Shown: in pieces, positions 57,501 through 64,000 of the stretch
Layout: every line of letters starts with the position of its first letter
Position numbering within the stretch: the stretch's first letter is position 1
From: Balanoglossus misakiensis
Lineage: Eukaryota > Animalia > Hemichordata
Assembly: GCA_040954595.2 (NCBI GenBank)
Contig: CM082591.2
Coordinates: 1,711,745 to 1,775,744, forward strand
Direction of reading: 5' to 3'
DNA length: 64,000 nt
Position numbers and translations under genes: made by a program
Notes under the pieces: generated by a model
Databases searched by the model: none
Told to the model about the DNA's origin: nothing
The model's input: the letters and a program-made list of their open reading frames with translations, nothing else

Positions 57501-60500
57501 GTTACTTCAGAATATAACCCATTATGGATACTATTACAGAGGCATTACAAAAAAGAAAAAAACAGGTCCTTTATTCATGCTGTTAATGAATTGTGTGGAG
57601 TACCTGATTATTTTCAACGCCTGCAGACCGACAAAGACATTGCTGTTCTATAATTTTCTAAGAGATCCTCTTTCCAGTGATTTTTTTTAATTATCAGGAA
57701 CCCGAAACATCTGTCTTCATTGTGAGGTTCTATTCAAACTATCGGTACACCAGAGAGTCCTATCAAATAATCTATCAATTTTCAAAATCATAAAGACATT
57801 TGATATATCGCAGAAAATACACGGACTGCACAGCTATCAGTAAATAATTTTACCGATCAGTAAATACGGCATAATTTCGATCTTTCTTTGGAGACTAAAC
57901 ATGATACAAACAGGCGGGTCTGCTTTCAAAGACAACCGGCACTTTTCACTGATATGATTCGTGACATTCACAGCTGAAAAGGCGCTTCCTTTGACATTTT
58001 TTCTCTCAATATTTTGTCATGCAACACGTCTTGCTTATTAAAAACGTGTGTTCGGAGTATGTATGTGTTTCTCATATTTAAAACTTGTTAATATATTTTA
58101 GATCATTAAATCTATGTTGTGAATTGGGTTGGTGCCTGTATCTGAAAGTTATCCTACAAAACCAAGTTGCTTCGCGATCCTTGGTGAAAATTGTATATGG
58201 CCCGTGGGCGGAATATTTGTCCTGAAACTTTTAACACATACGATGATACATACAATTGTGTCACCACACGATAATTTGAAGACTTAGACTTGACCTTTTG
58301 ACCATGTACATACATGCATATGCAAATTAGAGGTAGTTGGAACAATGCTGATTGGATGTTTATGAACATCGCACATGCGCACTTCAGACAACCATATTAG
58401 AACACATTGTGCAAATGATCACCTTGTTTTCACGTCCACAAATTGTTGCAGAAATGACCCACCATTAACAGTGTTTGCCAGAAAGGGTCTCCCTTACATG
58501 TGGGTGTAATCTCAAATTGGCATTTGAAACATAGTTGCTTTGCACCAAGTCTAAATTCTAACAAGGTGATTTGCCAAATACGTCAATTAGGAATCTGACA
58601 ATGGTCTCTCCGTAAATCAATATTCAGTACAACATTTCAGCAAGCCAAACTAAAATCAATTTTGGAGAAACGAAATATTCCTTCTGTGAACTGATACATC
58701 TATGTACATGTAATTTGGCTAATTTCAGCTTGCGGACATGCCAGAATAATTCAGAGAGCACTTATGCCTTTCTCATCAAATTGTAACATCAATTATTTAT
58801 TCTTTAATGTTGAAAGAGATCTACTACGAATGATTAATTTGACTGTGCGTAGTACTAATCTTATAGAAATGTAAAGTTGTCCATGTACCCAAGTTTCTAC
58901 CTCCACGAATAAAAAAAACACATTTCATTGATCATTTTACGCCACATCATCAGCCATCTGAAGGTCTGACAGCTTTTATCGTCTGGTGACTTCCGGTTCA
59001 ACTAGAGATTGTTTCAGGCTGCATCTAATTGAATTCACTGCATTAAGTATTTTCCTCTTCCATTTGAAATAAATCAACACTTCGCGGTGGCAAACGCTTA
59101 ACAAGTCGTAATGGCAATGATACTGACTGACAAAACATGCATCATGTCGCTGTACATAATTCTGAATGTTTCGGACGCTACTTTGCGCGTTCACTTCAAC
59201 ACAGAGTAAGAAGAAAGCGTATTCGCGCTTAAAACGCAATTATCAATCTTTTATTATATCTCCATAAAAGCAGACGATGTGTAAATCGCTTTGAGACCGA
59301 ACACAATTCCACGAAAACAATCAAATGTGTGACAAAAAGCGACCTCTTTAGGAATTGATGTGTTTCCGTGTTTAATATAATTAGCTACATTTGTAGTTTT
59401 TGTTATGGAACTATCAAACCTATTCTGAACATTCCGCATCACTGCGTTGTAATGTAAATTGGAGTTCTGAAGAGGGTCAAAGAGACGAGCTGCCTAAATA
59501 ACAAGTCATTTTGGGGAGAAGATATGAACAAAAATGAATATCCAAGATCCCCGCCAAACTGCCTGGCCCTGACCGAATATTTGTTACTGTCATACACGAA
59601 AGAAAACAATTTGTTTTCAAAAGCATGAAGCTCGGTCCAGACGCAAATATTACTTATGGTGACATATTAAAAGCGCAGCTGGCTTTTCTCATATTTTAAA
59701 AACGGCCATCCTTTCCCATTAAATTGAGCCTTTTGGGAATATGGACCCTAGTTACCATCGTTGTAAAACGGACATGAGTCTAGAATGCTTGGGGCAGTTG
59801 CACGAACTACCATGGAGCAACATCTACCATGTTCACACTGGTTAAACTAGAAACGTTTCAGAAACACTATTTGCCATTTGTAAAGCACAGACCCTGGTAT
59901 CAGCACCACAGACAATGTGTTGAGCAGAGGTGTTATCCTTTATACATTCAGGACCACTTAAACCAGTCACACATAATAATTTATGCCAGTATTTGAGCTG
60001 AGACGTTTCAAAACGTTCCAATGATCCCAGTGTGAACGCATAGCAGTTAAAACGTCATTCTAAAACTACCATATGCTTTTACAGGATATTCTCATAAAAA
60101 AGCAAAACATTACAAAACTTGGTTAATGCAAACATGGATGACTATACCGGTATATACAAGCATGTTACCAAACATGTGGTTCCCACAAACTGAACATTGA
60201 TTGTTAACATTCAATACATTCCAATGCATACTTTATACAGTAATACTCATCGAGGAAACACTAACAGCGAATAGAATAACTCTGGCTTTAAAACAATTCA
60301 CGAAAATATTGTGAAAAGATGCCATTACCTACACCGAGGCTTGAAATGTTGGCCGAACGTCAGCAGGCGTCGCCCAAGCGCTCGGTGAATCATCAAAGTG
60401 CTAACAACATTTGTTCACGATACCAATGATTAATACAGCGATAAAACTTCAAAAAGTAACTGTTAAAACCGTTTTAATTCGCGTACCTGTCAGGTAACAT

Positions 60501-61823
60501 TGAGCGATGATTGGGCCCTCGGTGGTGATCTGCCAAACACCGTCTATCTTCACAGCCTCGCGGATGCGCAATGTTCAAAGGAACGTTGACTCGATTCGTT
60601 AAAGGTTGGCAGCTGAACTGACACGGATGCGCCTCCGCCTATCTCGCCGTAACCAAGGCGACGGTGATAACATTGCTTATGTTTATGTCGTGTACAATTG
60701 CATCCAGGCGCAGCGATAAGTAGCCACGTCAAGTGTGGTTAGGTTCGCGGCGTTTTCACATTCACTAACAAAGCAAGTCGAAAAACAGCAACAAACGATA
60801 GTTATCAAAACACCTACCGGTACATGTACAAAATGAACAAATAACACCAATCACTGAAAACGCTCCCAACCAATACACACTCTACTTGTTCAATGACTTC
60901 ATTCAATTGAACAAGAGCATGTTATATGATGAAGGTAGAGGTACCTTTTTTATTTAAATTGTATAGTAATAATAAATTGCCTGTCAAGTTATTTTCCCTG
61001 AGCAAGAGCCACTGGGAAATTCGAAGAAGTGAGTTGGTCTCGTGTGTCTCACTCAAACTTCACCATGACCCGCTGCAAAAATGGAGCGCGCTAATGGGAG
61101 GGTTGAAATCATCATTTCAGGCTATAATACTAGCGAAAAAGGGCGAAAATAAGTCAATTTCCCTTGTGACTCTACAGGAAGTAATTTCTGACCCTAAGAC
61201 GTTGGTGATCATGACGCAGAATTTATTTGCCATCCGCGTAGTTCAAAAAAAGGTCAGTAGTCAAAATATGTACGACTGAAGGCGTATAAGAGAGGCCAAA
61301 CTTTAATATGAACATGAACACGAACTCGGCACAAGAACTTGTTGCCTATTTGAAATATCAGCGTGTTGTTGGTCACGAGAAAAACTGAGCTGCTCTCCTG
61401 CGGTGGTAGTTCGTATCACCTGAAGCTAATAGGTTTTCAAAGAATAGAAAGTGTATAAGGAACAAGTAAATTATTCGAAGTGTTTGTATGCTGTAGGGTA
61501 TGAGAGTAGGGGGTCTATATTTTGCAGTGTGGGATTCAATAATTCAGTGGAAAAAAAACGGCCTAACCGCGTGCTGCATGAATGTTTCATGGTCACTGTC
61601 TGTGCAGATGGTGCTTCACTGTCCAGACTGTGATGCCTTCCAGCCTTTGCAGGATGAGTACTATAGACTTCGCGATAGAGACATGGCCGAAGGAAATTAG
61701 AAACATGAATTAATCAAGAACGTCAATGAATGATGTATTTATTTTGTGATGGCCACCCTTGGCTGTCTTGTGCTCGTAGCAGCCTCAGGGTTAATCATGA
61801 GTGGAGTCTAAGCTAGGCTTTGT

Positions 61824-62973
61824 CAGGCCTCGAAAAATTTTTTCATAACCCACTTGCCATCGGGCAAGCAAATTTTCAATTTCACTTGCCCCCCAAGAAA
61901 AGTGACTTGCCCCAACCTTGCCACTGTTCCTCCCATTTCGGAAGGTAGTTTCTTTGGCGTTTGTCTGCATCGTAACGCTGATGCTTTGACCGTGCGTCAC
62001 TTTCAGAAGCGCCCTCAGATTCAGAGAGGTCACATCGTTTCTTTGAGTCAGTTGACCCAGATGCGTTCGATGAAAAATAACGCAAGAGACTCATGGCTGT
62101 TTTTCAAATCTCTGCCATTTTCCAGGATGTTTTACCCAACAAAATTGTGCAACTTTACTATTACTGTTACACTCACATGCACTTGTTATTCTAGTTTAAC
62201 AAATCATTTAAAGGCTTTTGACTGTGATAGTACACATTTCAATGGCCTCCCCATGAAGACATAAGTAAAACAAATTTTCCCAAATCATTTAGCATATTTG
62301 GCTAAAATTTAAGTGATCTCCGCCCCCCCCCCCCTCGGCCGTAAAAACTGAACAGTCTCTAAAGCAATGATTTCTGTCCTGATAAAATCGACAAATTAAT
62401 GATGGAAATTACTGTTTTGCTGCTGAAAAAAACACACAAAAACCGCCTGCCTTTTTTGCTTCTTTTTGACATCACTAATTGCCCTTGAACATCGATCTCA
62501 GGGTGTCTGCCGCGGCCGTCTGTACAAGTATTCTGCAGACGCGCGGACACATGGCATGACCTCTAACATAAGTTGCTACATCTTTTGTCAAGTTTTAGAT
62601 ATTTTGTTGCGACCGGAACGCTGAGCTGCGTTAGTTGTTGCAATTTGTGCGTTACTATGTCAATGATACTATTTATAGGACGCCTGTCTAAAGATAACTG
62701 GTACGCTGAGTGAAATGGGCAACGCGTACTGTTTCACGATCCGGTGAAATGCGATCGTGACTCGCGGTTTTCCAGGAGTTTCAAGGAGAAATTTTGAATT
62801 TCCAGGAGATTTCAGGAGTTTCCAGGAGGGGTTTCAAATTCCAGGAGTTTCCAGGAGCGTACGAACCCTGGCCGTGACACTTGCCCGTCGGGCGGCAGGA
62901 ATTTTGATTTTACTTGCCCGGACGTAAATTTCACTTGCCACGGGCGTCGGGCGGCGGGAATTTTCGAGCCCTG
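61824..62973 (-). mobile_element. Internally deleted hAT-superfamily DNA transposon (hAT5-like) with 5-bp TSD TTTGT and a truncated transposase-like N-terminus (62094-61882)
   Basis: Termini CAGGCCTCGAAAAAT and AATTTTCGAGCCCTG; TTTGT at 61819-61823 and 62974-62978; subterminal cacttgcc repeats; ORF MSLLRYF...YDADKRQRNYLPKWEEQW resembles the region preceding a TTF-type zinc finger. Confidence 0.8.
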
Positions 62974-64000
62974 TTTGTGACTGAAAATAATGCTCAAGAT
63001 AGCACAAAGGTGAGGCTGCTCAGACACATCCATTAGATGAAAAACACCCAAAATGTAGTTGCTTTGTGCTATCGATACGCCAGTAATCAAAGGCACAGTT
63101 CCAGAAGATCTCACAAAGCTAGAGAATACTTTCGGAAGATTTACAAAGAGGTAAAAGGCTGGATAATGTATGGTAGCAATTTTACAACTTGGTTTGACTT
63201 CGATATGTATACAAACCAGAATTCTAGAATTGGATATTATTGGACAAATCACCCAACTGGGACTTCCGTCAATATTGTTAACATTTTTCTTGTATTCAAC
63301 CATAATTGCCCCAGAGAAATGTATTTACAACTCATTGAGCCAGTTGTAATCTTACCTATATCGCGAGATAGTCAGAAATGTGCAGTTTTTTTCAATATGA
63401 AACCTGCAGCCAGAAGCAAAGATATTACCACCAACAAAGAGAAACCTCATTTATGCAGATCGAAAATTTCCCAATCAAACGATTATGTGGAAATTACACC
63501 ACCAATAACTGATATACTTCGAAAGAAAACTGGATAGCAATGGCGTCAGTAATGAGACGCGTAACATTTTACCCCCAAAAGCTTTTGTGCGAGTATCAGA
63601 CGACAATTTCGCAAATGTGTGTCTTATTCCCAACAAGGGTACCTAATAGGGGATTTTGGAATGATTTTCTTTGCTGCAGGAAACAGGGTTACTCTATTCG
63701 ATTTGATGTGCCCAGCAGGCAGGCAGAAGAGATCCCTTGTGTTTCAAACAATGTTCTTATAAGGTCAGCTCTCGGCGGGTAGTGGCATAATTTTGCCTCT
63801 TCGTGTAAAAAACATGCCTTCTGGATGTACTCGCCTATACTTTTTGGAAGAATTCACCTTTAATGTAACTCTGAGTATAATAAACCCAGTTTTAAGGAAT
63901 AATTTTTGCCGAAGCCCTTTAAAATTAATGAAAATTTCTAATTTAGGTTAATCATTCAAGTTACATGCAAATTAATTTTTGCTGTTTTGATTTCCAAGAA

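Noticed and set aside
62770-62870. Regularly spaced CCAGGAG repeats resembling a CRISPR-like array
   Set aside because: The units are 7-10 bp with no unique spacers, in eukaryotic context. They fit transposon subterminal repeats.
62812-63537. Overlapping 163-aa (-) and 166-aa (+) ORFs
   Set aside because: No recognisable motifs or splice support, and one runs into transposon sequence. Likely chance ORFs.

Overview
This is eukaryotic, intron-rich, AT-rich animal DNA, probably from a marine invertebrate deuterostome such as a hemichordate (an inference, not verified). The first ~49 kb is gene-dense: the 3' end of NAT10 (+), HSPBP1 (-), SDHAF2 (-), FUZ (-) head-to-head with ARMC3 (+), two inverted fatty acyl-CoA reductase paralogues (FAR-A -, FAR-B +) flanking CCDC91 (-), RPS13 (-), a tandem pair of membrane-anchored O-fucosyltransferase-like genes (+), and a class A GPCR with an intronless CDS (-). 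The last ~15 kb is apparently non-coding and holds a deleted hAT-type transposon with a 5-bp target-site duplication (TSD). Most ORF-track entries are exon fragments or spurious. I saw no CRISPR array, rRNA, tRNA or prokaryote-type system. The most interesting signals are: the mosaic FAR pair (near-identical exons and introns at both ends, a strongly diverged middle, one nearly unalignable exon, different promoters), the CCDC91-FAR linkage recalled from vertebrates, and the uncharacterised O-FucT-like pair, one of which has a GT-to-GC donor switch. Exon coordinates were read by eye and may be off by a few bases.
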